This document shows, piece by piece, positions 28,918-38,938 of a stretch of 64,000 nucleotides of DNA. The stretch is from Steroidobacteraceae bacterium (GTDB lineage Bacteria; Pseudomonadota; Gammaproteobacteria; Steroidobacterales; Steroidobacteraceae). Position numbers and translations under genes: made by a program. The stretch's first letter is position 1, and each line of letters starts with the position of its first letter. The stretch covers positions 41,651 to 105,650 of the forward strand of contig JAFMKA010000002.1 in NCBI GenBank assembly GCA_017853175.1, given 5' to 3'. The notes beneath the pieces were generated by a model. It was given only the letters and a program-made list of their open reading frames with translations, did not search any database and was not told the origin of the DNA.

Positions 28918-31163
28918 GCCCGCTCCCTCCTCCGCTCCGGCTGCTCGGCGCCAGGGGCTGCCGCCCTCTCTTGCTCCGACACGGGAAACATAACACGGAC
29001 CATAGCACCGCCCGAGGGGCGATTGCCCACCTCGATACGCCCGCGATGGTCTTCGACGATCTTCTTAACGATGGCAAGCCCCAAACCGGTCCCCCGAGGC
29101 TTACTCGTGACATAGGGATCGAACACCTTCCCGATCATGTCGGACTGGAACCCCGGCCCATTGTCCGCGACGGTCAACTCGACAAACGGACGGCCCTCCA
29201 ACTCGATGGGTGTCGTTCTGATCTCGATCGCAGCCGGACGTATTCCCTCTAGAGCCTCGAAAGCATTGGTCAGCAAGTTGTTGAGTACCTGCCTTACACG
29301 GGAGCGATCCGCCTCCACAGGATCGATCGTCGAGGCCAAGGAGGTGGCGATCTCGATCGAGGCTTCTTGCGATCGGTAAAGGTCGGTCACCTCCGCGATG
29401 AGCTGATTGAGATCGAACGACGCCACCTGCATCGCCGGCGCTCGGGCGTACTCGCTGAAGTCGTTCACCATCTGCTTCATGGACTCGACTTGCTGAACGA
29501 TGGTGTGGGTCGAGCGCTCGACCATGTCGGCATCCGCTCCAGATAGTCCGGGCAACAGCTTTCGGCGAAGTCTCTCCGCTGAGAGTTGGATCGGTGTCAG
29601 CGGATTTTTAATCTCGTGCGCCAATCGCCGTGCCACTTCGCCCCATGCCGCATCACGCTGCGCTTGCAGCAGATGCGTGACATCATCGAACACAATCACA
29701 AACTGTTCCGCTCCGCTTTCCTCCTTGGGAAGCGGGACACAGGCACAGACCAGTACACGCGAACCCGTTTTGCCTGAGGCCGATTGCAACTCAATTTGCT
29801 CGCGCCACTCATCTCGCCCTGTCGCGAATCGAGCCCGCAATTCGGCAACGAACGCCGGTAGCAGACCCGTTTCGGTGTCGCTGCCCGAACCGAGCACACG
29901 CCCCACCGCCGAACTCAGATCTACACCGAGGATGCTGCCTGCCGACTCGTTGACACGCTGGACGATCAGATCACGATCGACCGTCAGAACACCCGCCGAG
30001 AGGCGAGCCAGGATGATCGCGAGTCGCTCTCGTTCACGCTCGACGGCTGCACGGCTACTTTCGGTTTCTTCACGCGCTCGGCGCAGCCGCTTGGTCATAT
30101 CGTTGAACGACTGCACCAGAAAGCCCATCTCGTCATGTGACGTAAGCGGAACGCGCATGCCGAAATCACCCTTCGCCACGGCGCGAGTACCGGCCATCAG
30201 ATCTTGCACCGGCTTGAACAAGACCTCCGCTGAGTAAATGGCACCATAGATGGCGCCGAGCAAGGTCACGAGCAACACCATCGTCAGCGTCAATCTGAAG
30301 CTGTACTTCAACGGTTCGCGCAATTCGGCGAGATCGCCATACTGCGAATACGATCGCTGGACGGTATCGGTCAGCTCGGCAAATTGTCGGGGAAGTTCGT
30401 AGACCACGACGATAAATCGCGCAGTACCACTTGCGAACGGCACACCCGGAATCGGCGCAGCGGTCCGGATGAGATAGCGTGAATCACCGACAGGCTCGAG
30501 ACTGAGATAGGTTGTTCCACTCGAGACGGCGCGGACGAGATCTGCGGGTGGTCGATCGGGAAGCGAGTCGGGAACCTCCTGACTTGCCGCACCGATGATT
30601 CTTTCGTACTCCCCGTAGAGGACGATCTCGCTCGCTCCCGAGCTACGCAACTCTTCGTCCAAAGCGAACAATGCTCCGCCAGCGCTCTGGTTCGCAAGCG
30701 ATGCGGCAAAGCGTTGTGTGCGCTCGCCATATTCACGCATACGCAGGTCGAGCGCCGAACGCGACAACACCACGGCGTCGTTGAGTCCTTGCTTGATCTC
30801 GATACGAAACCAACTATCGATGCCGCGATTCAAAAATTCGAGCGAGAACACGTAGACCGTAAGCAAGGGCAGCGCCACCAAGGCGCTGAATACGATGACA
30901 GTGCGTGAGGTCAGTCGGGAGCCCGGAACTCCACTTCGATAAGCCGAGACTAGCTGAAATATCTTCCGCGCAAGCAGTCCGATGATCACGACTACCGCTG
31001 CGGCACTCGCCAATAAGATCCAAGGCTGCAACCGCCCGAATTGCTCGGAATTTTGAGCCGAGAGAAATAGAGCGAAAAGTGCGCCAACGACGACCGCGAT
31101 CCAAATCGCGATCAAAATTCGGGTTCGACGACTACTCAGCGAGGCAGCGACCATGAATACCAC
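28914..31163 (-). CDS. ntrY: NtrY-like sensor histidine kinase (TM-HAMP-PAS-HisKA-HATPase)
   Basis: Four N-terminal TM helices, a HAMP-like segment, PAS, the H-box RLAHEIKNPLTPI and the N/G boxes NLLTNAFEA, DNGPGF, GTGLGLAIV. About 750 aa, as for NtrY. Confidence 0.7.
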   Translation of the reverse strand: MVFMVAASLSSRRTRILIAIWIAVVVGALFALFLSAQNSEQFGRLQPWILLASAAAVVVIIGLLARKIFQLVSAYRSGVPGSRLTSRTVIVFSALVALPLLTVYVFSLEFLNRGIDSWFRIEIKQGLNDAVVLSRSALDLRMREYGERTQRFAASLANQSAGGALFALDEELRSSGASEIVLYGEYERIIGAASQEVPDSLPDRPPADLVRAVSSGTTYLSLEPVGDSRYLIRTAAPIPGVPFASGTARFIVVVYELPRQFAELTDTVQRSYSQYGDLAELREPLKYSFRLTLTMVLLVTLLGAIYGAIYSAEVLFKPVQDLMAGTRAVAKGDFGMRVPLTSHDEMGFLVQSFNDMTKRLRRAREETESSRAAVERERERLAIILARLSAGVLTVDRDLIVQRVNESAGSILGVDLSSAVGRVLGSGSDTETGLLPAFVAELRARFATGRDEWREQIELQSASGKTGSRVLVCACVPLPKEESGAEQFVIVFDDVTHLLQAQRDAAWGEVARRLAHEIKNPLTPIQLSAERLRRKLLPGLSGADADMVERSTHTIVQQVESMKQMVNDFSEYARAPAMQVASFDLNQLIAEVTDLYRSQEASIEIATSLASTIDPVEADRSRVRQVLNNLLTNAFEALEGIRPAAIEIRTTPIELEGRPFVELTVADNGPGFQSDMIGKVFDPYVTSKPRGTGLGLAIVKKIVEDHRGRIEVGNRPSGGAMVRVMFPVSEQERAAAPGAEQPERRRERA

Positions 31164-31747
31164 TCGCTCTCTCGTTGCCAGTCATCGGACCAGAACATGA
31201 GCGCGCGCAGCGCATCGGTGAGACGTCCACGCTGCACACTGGCGCGGACGCTGACGAGATAGGTTCCGGGCTCCGCCACTTGCGATGCCACCAAAATCGG
31301 CCAGCTTTCGATACTGCCCAAGGCAGTGAGCGCTTCATCGAGTGTGGCGTACGATTTTTGCTCCCCATCGAGTAACGGGTCACGCACCACGAAGCGCTCA
31401 CTGACGGAGTGATAACTCAGTTCACGCTTCAATTGAAGTGTGACGATGGTTTCGTTGGTCCAGAAGCGACGCTCGCGCGACACTTCGACATCCACGTCAT
31501 AAGACAGTGAGACCCCATCACGCAACGCGCTGGCGGTCTCGTCGCTGGACGGATATCGCGTACGCACGTGTAATTGATAAACCCCGCCCACCACGTTGAC
31601 GAACGCAGACTGCACTTCGAGAGTTCCCTCGAGAGGGTCGGCACGTGACTCGGGCCACTGCCAAGGCATCGCTCCTGCGAGCCAAAGACACGCAACGGTC
31701 ATGAATCTGACCCACAGACGCCGGGCTTTTTCGTCTTTTGCGGTCAT
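31136..31747 (-). CDS. DUF4390 domain-containing protein
   Basis: Signal peptide plus an about 170-aa beta-rich protein. The ATGA overlap with the rsmB stop supports the start. The position between rsmB and ntrY matches the DUF4390 synteny known from Betaproteobacteria. Confidence 0.6.
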   Translation of the reverse strand: MTAKDEKARRLWVRFMTVACLWLAGAMPWQWPESRADPLEGTLEVQSAFVNVVGGVYQLHVRTRYPSSDETASALRDGVSLSYDVDVEVSRERRFWTNETIVTLQLKRELSYHSVSERFVVRDPLLDGEQKSYATLDEALTALGSIESWPILVASQVAEPGTYLVSVRASVQRGRLTDALRALMFWSDDWQRESEWYSWSLPR

Positions 31748-33129
31748 GCGCCTCTACCCCGAACGAGGCAAGCATAATAGAAGCCATCCGTAGACGCTTG
31801 ACCCGGTCCCGGAATCAGCTGGATACCCACCTCCCGACGTAGCGCCCCCGGGGGTAAAGCGATGCCATCCGGCCACGGCTGCACCGATGCCGCCGGAGTC
31901 GCAGCCAAAAATGTCTGTACTACCGATTCATTCTCTTCGGGCAAAACGGAGCACGTTGCGTAAACGAGCTTTCCACCCGGAGCAAGCTTCGAAAAGCAGT
32001 TGGCGAGAATCCGTTTTTGAAGCGATGCGAATCGCGTCGCGTCTTCTGGGCGACGAAGCAGCTTGATATCCGGATGACGGCGGATCACGCCCGTCGCCGA
32101 GCACGGTGCATCGACGAGGATGCGATCAAAGGTCGACTCCGCTGCGAGCGCCTTCGGATCGGCGAGATCCGCCACTAAAGTCCGAGCACGAGCCGGAGAC
32201 GCTCCGATACGTTCGAACGTTGAAGCTACGAGCGCGAGACGCGATGCATCGTCATCGACCGCGAGCAATTCGACCTGCGGTTGTCGCTGAAGAATATGTG
32301 CACTCTTGCCTCCCGGTGCCGCACAGGCATCGAGTACACGATGCCCAGGCTGCGCATCGAGCAACAAGGCGGCAAACTGCGCGCCTGCGTCCTGCACTGA
32401 CACACGACCCTCCGCGAAGCCCGGTAAGCTTGCGACCGGAATCGATTGCGTGAGCACGATCGAACCGGGTGGCGTATCGAGCGCGAAAGCCTCTCGCCCG
32501 GCTGCGGCAAGTTCAGCAAGATACCCTTCGACAGTCGTCGAAGGCGCGACTCGTAGCGTCATGGGCGGATGCTCGTTGTTCGCTGCGAGCATCGACGCCG
32601 TTCGATCACCATAGACCGACTCGAGTCGATCGACCAACCACTGCGGATGTGCGACGCGGGTGGCGAGATTTCGATCTGCGCGCTCGAGCAACTCGCCTCG
32701 CTCACGAACGAAGCGGCGCAGCACGGCATTTACGAATCCCGTGGCTCGTCCGAGTCCGAGCGCTCGAGCAGCGTCCACTGCGAGGTGCACGCTGACCTCC
32801 GGGGCTGAGCGCGAATATTCGATCTGATGAGCAGCCGTCACGAGCAGCGAACGAAGGAGAGGCGGAATATCTTCGGCGGGACGATCGACGATAGACGACA
32901 AGGCCGGGGCGAGTCGCAGGTACCAACGAAGCGTACCCAGCGCGATCGCACGCACCGCAGCACGATCACCGCGCTCGTCCGCGGCTTGCAGGGCAAAATC
33001 CGCCGAGCGACCGGAATGAGCCACGGCACTTACGGCCTCAACTGCAGCCGCCAAAGTCGCAGCGCCCGGCGCAAGTCGAGAACCGCCTTTTGAGGACTGC
33101 GAGTCCATGACACCTACATCAGCATTCAT
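31744..33129 (-). CDS. rsmB: 16S rRNA (cytosine967-C5)-methyltransferase
   Basis: NusB-like N-terminus, SAM motif DACAAPGGKS and catalytic DAPCSATG / TCS. ATGA overlap with fmt. Confidence 0.9.
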   Translation of the reverse strand: MNADVGVMDSQSSKGGSRLAPGAATLAAAVEAVSAVAHSGRSADFALQAADERGDRAAVRAIALGTLRWYLRLAPALSSIVDRPAEDIPPLLRSLLVTAAHQIEYSRSAPEVSVHLAVDAARALGLGRATGFVNAVLRRFVRERGELLERADRNLATRVAHPQWLVDRLESVYGDRTASMLAANNEHPPMTLRVAPSTTVEGYLAELAAAGREAFALDTPPGSIVLTQSIPVASLPGFAEGRVSVQDAGAQFAALLLDAQPGHRVLDACAAPGGKSAHILQRQPQVELLAVDDDASRLALVASTFERIGASPARARTLVADLADPKALAAESTFDRILVDAPCSATGVIRRHPDIKLLRRPEDATRFASLQKRILANCFSKLAPGGKLVYATCSVLPEENESVVQTFLAATPAASVQPWPDGIALPPGALRREVGIQLIPGPGQASTDGFYYACLVRGRGA

Positions 33130-34058
33130 TCAAAAGATTCCTCGGTGGAACGCAGGCCATTAGCGAATTCGCGTGCCGTCATGCTGCGACGCCCAGCGCG
33201 CTGCAGTTCGGCAATTCCGAGCACGGCTTCACCACATGCGACGAGTAGAAGATCGTCCTTCAGCCCTAGAATTGATCCTGGCGGATGAGACGTGATTGCC
33301 GCGTCACCTACAACCCGTGCTCGATGTACTCGAACCTGCTCGCCACGATGGGTCGTTTCGGCAATCGGCCAAGGTCTAAAAGCCCGAATTTGACGATCGA
33401 TCTTCGACGCGGAACGCTTCCAATCGATGCGGGCTTCCGATTTCTCTATTTTTTTGGCGTAGGTGGCGCCTTCAGAAGGCTGAGCTCTCGCCAAGACGGA
33501 CCCAGAATCGATGCTCGAGAGCACTTCGAGTAGCGCGGGCGCGCCGAGCGCCGCAAGCTTATCGAGCACGGAAACTGAGTCATCCGTATCGCCGATGGGT
33601 AATGCTCGCTGCAAAAGAATTGGCCCCGTATCGAGCCCCGCATCCATTTGCATGATAGTCACGCCCGTTTCGTCGTCGCCCTCGAGAATGGCGCGCTGTA
33701 CGGGCGCCGCGCCGCGCCAACGCGGCAGCAAAGAAGCGTGAATGTTGAGACATCCATGTTTCGGAATGGCAAGCGCTTCGGGGGGCAAAATGAGCCCGTA
33801 GGCGACGACTACCAGCACATCAGGTCGCCAGGTCTCGAGTGCCGCTCGACCTTCCGTCGTACGCAAGGTTTGCGGTTGTGCAAGCGGCAACGAATTTTCA
33901 AGCGCGAATTCTTTGACCGCACTCATCGAGAGATTTCGGCCGCGACCAGCCGGGCGATCGGGTTGCGTCAGTACGCCGATGATCTCGTGATGCGACCGCA
34001 CAAGCGCGGCAAGCGGCGGCACCGCAAATTCCGGCGTACCGGCAAAGACGATTCGCAT
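33126..34058 (-). CDS. fmt: methionyl-tRNA formyltransferase
   Basis: MRIVFAGTPEFAVP, NIHASLLPRWRGAAP and the C-terminal domain are present. Located downstream of def. Confidence 0.95.
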   Translation of the reverse strand: MRIVFAGTPEFAVPPLAALVRSHHEIIGVLTQPDRPAGRGRNLSMSAVKEFALENSLPLAQPQTLRTTEGRAALETWRPDVLVVVAYGLILPPEALAIPKHGCLNIHASLLPRWRGAAPVQRAILEGDDETGVTIMQMDAGLDTGPILLQRALPIGDTDDSVSVLDKLAALGAPALLEVLSSIDSGSVLARAQPSEGATYAKKIEKSEARIDWKRSASKIDRQIRAFRPWPIAETTHRGEQVRVHRARVVGDAAITSHPPGSILGLKDDLLLVACGEAVLGIAELQRAGRRSMTAREFANGLRSTEESFE

Positions 34059-34077
34059 TGGAATAACGCGATGGACG

Positions 34078-34629
34078 TCAGCGACCGAGCGCAGCGCCCG
34101 CCGAAACCTCGGCAGAGTCTGGCTTGGCGGGACGATCGCGACGCTCTTTCTCCAACTTCTTGCGGATTCGGTCCCGCTTCAACGTGGAGAGGTAGTCGAC
34201 GAACAACTTACCGTCGAGATGATCCATCTCGTGCTGCAGACATACAGCACGAATTCCGTCGAGCTCGCATTCGAAGGCCTTACCGTCGCGATCTTTTGCC
34301 CGAACACGTACGCGCTGGGCGCGCTCAACCTCGTCGAAAATTCCGGGGACGGATAAACAGCCCTCCTCCATCACGCCGACATTCTCGCGCGAGAGGATTT
34401 CCGGATTGATGAACACGAGGGGATCACTGCGATCATTGCTGCAATCCATCACGATGAGCTGGCGATGAACATCGACTTGCGATGCGGCGAGGCCGATGCC
34501 CGGCGCGGCGTACATGGTCTCGAACATATCGTCGATCAACCGCGAGAGCGCGGCATCGAAGATCGTGATTGGAACAGCCCGGGTCCGAAGTCGGGGATCT
34601 GGAAATTCGAGAATGTCGAGCAATGCCAT
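34078..34629 (-). CDS. def: peptide deformylase
   Basis: Trimmed to ATG 34629 ([15 protein letters not shown]). Carries the three Def motifs [14 protein letters not shown] and HEMDHL. Confidence 0.9.
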   Translation of the reverse strand: MALLDILEFPDPRLRTRAVPITIFDAALSRLIDDMFETMYAAPGIGLAASQVDVHRQLIVMDCSNDRSDPLVFINPEILSRENVGVMEEGCLSVPGIFDEVERAQRVRVRAKDRDGKAFECELDGIRAVCLQHEMDHLDGKLFVDYLSTLKRDRIRKKLEKERRDRPAKPDSAEVSAGAALGR

Positions 34630-34739
34630 CGGAGGAGACCCCTGCCAGAAAGGTAGTTCGTTGGACATCATTATATCAGTGAGGTTTCGTGGCTTTTCGG
34701 GCTCGCCGAAATCGCGGCGCTCCGTACCCTTTTGCGCCC

Positions 34740-35861
34740 ATGGCCACACCCGAACATTACCGCTTCGCCTGCCTCCCGCGACTCGACGCGAGTTTGTGGT
34801 GTCGCCTCATCGATCGCGTACCTTTCCCTCTCCAGCTCATCGGTCTGCCTGAAGATCGCCTTCTGTCGCTCGGTCTATCTAAACCCGCAGCGCTGGCCCT
34901 TCAGCGCGAAGATCCATCGCGACATCGCGCGACGCTCGACGCGCTCGCCCGCCACCATATCGAAATCATTGCCGCACACGAGCCCGACTACCCTCCACAG
35001 CTTCTCGAAATCCGCGGCGCACCCGCAGTGATTTTCATCCGAGGTCATCGCGAAGTGCTGAAACTGCCCCAGCTGGCGATGGTCGGCAGCCGACATCCGA
35101 CCGCCAACGGGGCGCTCACCGCCCGTGATCTCGCCTTTCATTTCGCTCGATGCGGGCTCGCCATCACGAGCGGACTCGCCATCGGCATCGACGCGGCGAG
35201 TCACTCGGGCGCCTTGGCGGCTGAGGGCATCAGCCTCGCCGTCTGCGGAACCGGCCTAGATCGCATCTACCCTGACGCCCACATCGATCTTGCCGAACGC
35301 CTCCTCGAACGCGGCGTCCTAGTCAGCGAATTCCCGCCCGGGACCGCACCTCTTCCACACCATTTCGTGCAACGAAATCGCCTTATCAGCGGGCTGTCGA
35401 TGGGGGTGCTCGTCATCGAGGCGGCCTTCAAAAGCGGCTCCTTATCGACCGCCCGATACGCGGGCGATCAAGGACGTGAGGTCTTCGCCGTCCCCGGATC
35501 CATCCATAGTCCCCTGTCGCGGGGATGCCACCAGCTACTCCGGGAGGGTGCCACCCTCGTGGAAAATGCCGAAGATGTTTTTAGAGAGCTTAAAATTAGT
35601 CAATTAAATCAAGTATTTAGTACGTCCGACCGACTCGTCCTACCCGAGTCTGTCGGGGGGTCGCGGTTGGACAACCCTTCCGAAATCCTGTTAGATGCCA
35701 TCGGCTTCGAGCCTACGAGCCTCGATGCGCTCATCGCGAGCACCGGCCTCTCCAGCACATCTGTAGCGTCCCTGCTCCTCTCCCTCGAGCTCGAGGGGCG
35801 TGTCGCATCAGATTCGTCAGGCCGGTTTTACAGAGTGCTCCAGCTGACCCATAAAGAATGA
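34740..35861 (+). CDS. dprA: DNA-processing protein DprA (Smf)
   Basis: Trimmed to ATG 34740. Rossmann-like DprA core (GSRHPT...[11 protein letters not shown]...[18 protein letters not shown]...[10 protein letters not shown]) plus a C-terminal winged helix. Confidence 0.9.
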   Translation: MATPEHYRFACLPRLDASLWCRLIDRVPFPLQLIGLPEDRLLSLGLSKPAALALQREDPSRHRATLDALARHHIEIIAAHEPDYPPQLLEIRGAPAVIFIRGHREVLKLPQLAMVGSRHPTANGALTARDLAFHFARCGLAITSGLAIGIDAASHSGALAAEGISLAVCGTGLDRIYPDAHIDLAERLLERGVLVSEFPPGTAPLPHHFVQRNRLISGLSMGVLVIEAAFKSGSLSTARYAGDQGREVFAVPGSIHSPLSRGCHQLLREGATLVENAEDVFRELKISQLNQVFSTSDRLVLPESVGGSRLDNPSEILLDAIGFEPTSLDALIASTGLSSTSVASLLLSLELEGRVASDSSGRFYRVLQLTHKE

Positions 35862-36349
35862 CCCAAACGACCGACAACGGCAGCGTCCTCGACATCCTCA
35901 TATATGTGTTCGACCGGTACATGCTGGCCGACGCCCCCGAGGTGCCCGAGCGTGACGCCTTGGCCGAAGACCTTGAGCGCGCCGGTTTCCCGGGCGATAA
36001 CGTCGAGCGCGCACTCGATTGGCTCGCCGATCTCGCCTACGAACGCCATCGCCCGTCGCTCGCCGAATCCGGCCCGCGCGCCATGCGAGTGTTCACGGAA
36101 GCCGAGCACAATCATTTGCCGGCAGACTGCCGCGGTTACCTGCTCGAACTCGAGCGCACCGGCATCCTCTCGCCGCAGCAACGTGAAATCGTCATCGAGC
36201 GCCTGCTGGCGCTCGATTCCTCCGAACTCGATGTCGACCAGCTGAAGTGGGTTGCCCTCATGGTGCTCTCCAGCCAGCCCGGCGAAGAACTCGCCTGCTC
36301 GCGCATGGAGAATCTCGTGTTCGATTTGCCGGTCGAACGGCCCCACTGA
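35858..36349 (+). CDS. smg: Smg (DUF494) protein
   Basis: ATGA overlap with dprA. VLDILIYVFDRYM...DLERAGFPGDNVERALDWLADLA parallels E. coli Smg. Confidence 0.85.
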   Translation: MTQTTDNGSVLDILIYVFDRYMLADAPEVPERDALAEDLERAGFPGDNVERALDWLADLAYERHRPSLAESGPRAMRVFTEAEHNHLPADCRGYLLELERTGILSPQQREIVIERLLALDSSELDVDQLKWVALMVLSSQPGEELACSRMENLVFDLPVERPH

Positions 36350-36370
36350 CCCAGCGCCGGAGACGGCCCC

Positions 36371-38929
36371 ATGGCTGAAAACCTCGTCATCGTCGAATCA
36401 CCGGCGAAGGCCAAGACCATCAAGAAATACCTCGGCCCCAAATTCGAGGTGCTTGCCTCGTACGGCCACGTCCGCGATCTCGTGCCGAAAGAGGGCGCTG
36501 TCGATCCGTCGCGTCGTTTCGCGATGAAGTACGACATCATCGAGCGTAACGAGCGTCACGTCGACGCTATCTCGCGCGCGCTACGCAAGGCCAAGGCGCT
36601 TTATCTTGCGACTGACCCCGATCGCGAAGGCGAAGCCATTTCTTGGCACCTGCGCGAGCTACTGCAAGATCGCGGCGATCTCGATGGCAAAGAAGTACAT
36701 CGAGTCGAATTCTTTGAAATTACGCGTAACGCAGTGCGCCAGGCCATCGAGGCACCGCGCGATTTGTCGCTCGATCTCGTCAACGCCCAGCAGGCACGTC
36801 GTGCGCTCGACTACCTTGTCGGGTTCAACCTTTCGCCGCTGCTCTGGAAGAAAGTTCGTCGAGGTCTCTCGGCCGGTCGCGTACAAAGCCCCGCGCTACG
36901 CATGATCTGCGAGCGCGAGGCTGAGATTCAGGCCTTCATTCCGCGCGAATATTGGTCGCTCGATGCGCAAGGTGAACGCGAGACTCAGTCTTTCCCCTTG
37001 AAGCTCGTCGAATTCGAGGGCCGTAAGGTCGAGCAGTTCAGTTTCACCAACGCAGATCAAGCACAAACTGTCGAACGCGCATTGTGTAAAGCGAGCGGTG
37101 CAGGCACCCCTGCCGGCGAAGCGCCGCTGTCACCTTCCGGAAAGTTGCGCGTGCTCTCGGTCGATCGCAAGCAGCGCAATCGCAACCCTGCGCCACCGTT
37201 CACGACATCGACGCTGCAACAGGAAGCCGCGCGCAAGCTCGGCTTTTCGGCGCAGCGCACCATGCGTCTCGCACAGCAGCTTTATGAAGGTGTCGATTAC
37301 GGTGAAGGTGCCGTAGGTCTCATCACCTATATGCGTACCGACGCCGTGAACCTCGCCAACGAGGCCATCGCCGAGATCCGTGAGGTCATCGGACGCGTGT
37401 ACGGAGCAGACTCTCTGCCGGAGTCGCCACGCTTCTACAAGAACAAATCTCGCAACGCTCAAGAGGCTCACGAGGCTATTCGTCCGACGTCAGCCTCCGT
37501 GTTGCCGCAGATGCTCGAGGGCAAGATCGATGCGGATCAACACAAACTCTATTCGCTCATCTGGAAGCGCGCAGTCGCTTGCCAAATGACTCACGCGGTG
37601 TTCGACACCGTCGCCATCGATCTGCTGGCTGGGCCCGACGGCCCGCAGCGTCACTTGCTGCGCGCCAACGGCTCAACTTTGCTCAAAGCCGGCTTCATTG
37701 CGGTTTATCTCGAGGGTCAAGACGACTCGTCGGACGACGAAAGCGATCGCATTCTGCCGGCCATGAACGAAGGCGACGAAGTCAAACTCGTCAACCTTCG
37801 CGGTACGCAACATTTCACCGAACCACCGCCGCGCTACTCCGAAGCGTCTCTCGTGAAAGCGCTCGAAGAGCATGGCATCGGTCGTCCGTCGACTTATGCA
37901 TCCATCATCTCGACACTTAAAGACCGCGAATATGTCGATATGGATGGTCGTCGCTTCATTCCGACGGATATCGGCAAGATCGTCAACAACTTCTTGAGCT
38001 CGAATTTCGGCGAGTACGTCGACTACGGTTTCACGGCAGCCATGGAAGACGAGCTCGATGCCATTTCGCGTGGCGAAGAATCATGGACCGATCCGCTGCA
38101 GAAATTTTGGCAGCCGTTCATCGATCGCGTCGAGCACATCGAAAAAACCGTTACTCGCGATGAGGCGGCCCAAGCTCGCGAACTCGGTACCGACCCGGCG
38201 AGTGGCAAGCCCATTTCGGTTCGCATGGGTCGTTTTGGTCCGTTCGTCCAAATCGGCACGCGCGATGACGAAGACAAACCACGCTTTGCGGGTCTACGGC
38301 CCGGTCAGAGTATGGACAAAATCACGCTGCCCGAAGCGCTGCAGCTTTTCCAGTTGCCGCGGAAACTCGGTGAGAGCCCCGAGGGCGAGCCGCTCGAAGC
38401 GAACATCGGGCGCTTCGGTCCGTACATCAAGTACGGTAGCAAGTACGCTTCGCTCAAAGCTGAAGATGATCCGTACACGATCACTCTCGAGCGAGCGATC
38501 GAGGTGGTGGCGGCGAAGAAACTCGCCGACGCCAACCGCATCATTCAGGATTTCGGCATCGATGATATTCAAGTGCTGAACGGCCGCTACGGTCCGTACA
38601 TCACCGACAAGCAGCGCAATGCGCGCATCCCGAAAGACCGCGATCCGAAAACCTTGACGCTAGACGAGTGTCGCGCGTTGCTCGCTGCGGCGCCGCAACG
38701 CCCCGGCCGTGGTCGATTCGGCGGCAAGGCCGCGAAATCTGCCGGCAAGAAAGCCGTCTCGAAGAAGGCTGCGAAAACAGAGACGCCTGACCTAGCAGAG
38801 GGTGCCGTAGCGGACGCCGAATCCGCCAAGAAGCCTTCTCGCGCCAAAGCCGCACTGAAGGCCAAGGCGGCGCCCAAGAAAAAAGCCAAAGCCAAAAGCA
38901 AGAAATCGGCGACGGACGCTGCAGACTGA
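36371..38929 (+). CDS. topA: DNA topoisomerase I (Cys-less C-terminal repeats, Lys/Ala-rich tail)
   Basis: Toprim LVIVESPAKAKTI, DPDREGEAISWH and the active-site region GLITYMRTD. The C-terminal RFGPF/RFGPY/RYGPY repeats lack zinc-ribbon cysteines. The tail is basic. Confidence 0.95.
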   Translation: MAENLVIVESPAKAKTIKKYLGPKFEVLASYGHVRDLVPKEGAVDPSRRFAMKYDIIERNERHVDAISRALRKAKALYLATDPDREGEAISWHLRELLQDRGDLDGKEVHRVEFFEITRNAVRQAIEAPRDLSLDLVNAQQARRALDYLVGFNLSPLLWKKVRRGLSAGRVQSPALRMICEREAEIQAFIPREYWSLDAQGERETQSFPLKLVEFEGRKVEQFSFTNADQAQTVERALCKASGAGTPAGEAPLSPSGKLRVLSVDRKQRNRNPAPPFTTSTLQQEAARKLGFSAQRTMRLAQQLYEGVDYGEGAVGLITYMRTDAVNLANEAIAEIREVIGRVYGADSLPESPRFYKNKSRNAQEAHEAIRPTSASVLPQMLEGKIDADQHKLYSLIWKRAVACQMTHAVFDTVAIDLLAGPDGPQRHLLRANGSTLLKAGFIAVYLEGQDDSSDDESDRILPAMNEGDEVKLVNLRGTQHFTEPPPRYSEASLVKALEEHGIGRPSTYASIISTLKDREYVDMDGRRFIPTDIGKIVNNFLSSNFGEYVDYGFTAAMEDELDAISRGEESWTDPLQKFWQPFIDRVEHIEKTVTRDEAAQARELGTDPASGKPISVRMGRFGPFVQIGTRDDEDKPRFAGLRPGQSMDKITLPEALQLFQLPRKLGESPEGEPLEANIGRFGPYIKYGSKYASLKAEDDPYTITLERAIEVVAAKKLADANRIIQDFGIDDIQVLNGRYGPYITDKQRNARIPKDRDPKTLTLDECRALLAAAPQRPGRGRFGGKAAKSAGKKAVSKKAAKTETPDLAEGAVADAESAKKPSRAKAALKAKAAPKKKAKAKSKKSATDAAD

Positions 38930-38938
38930 CGCGGGCCG

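Noticed and set aside
35828-36346. 172-aa minus-strand ORF covering smg.
   Set aside because: The plus frame matches Smg/DUF494 closely (VLDILIYVFDRYM...) and is translationally coupled to dprA.
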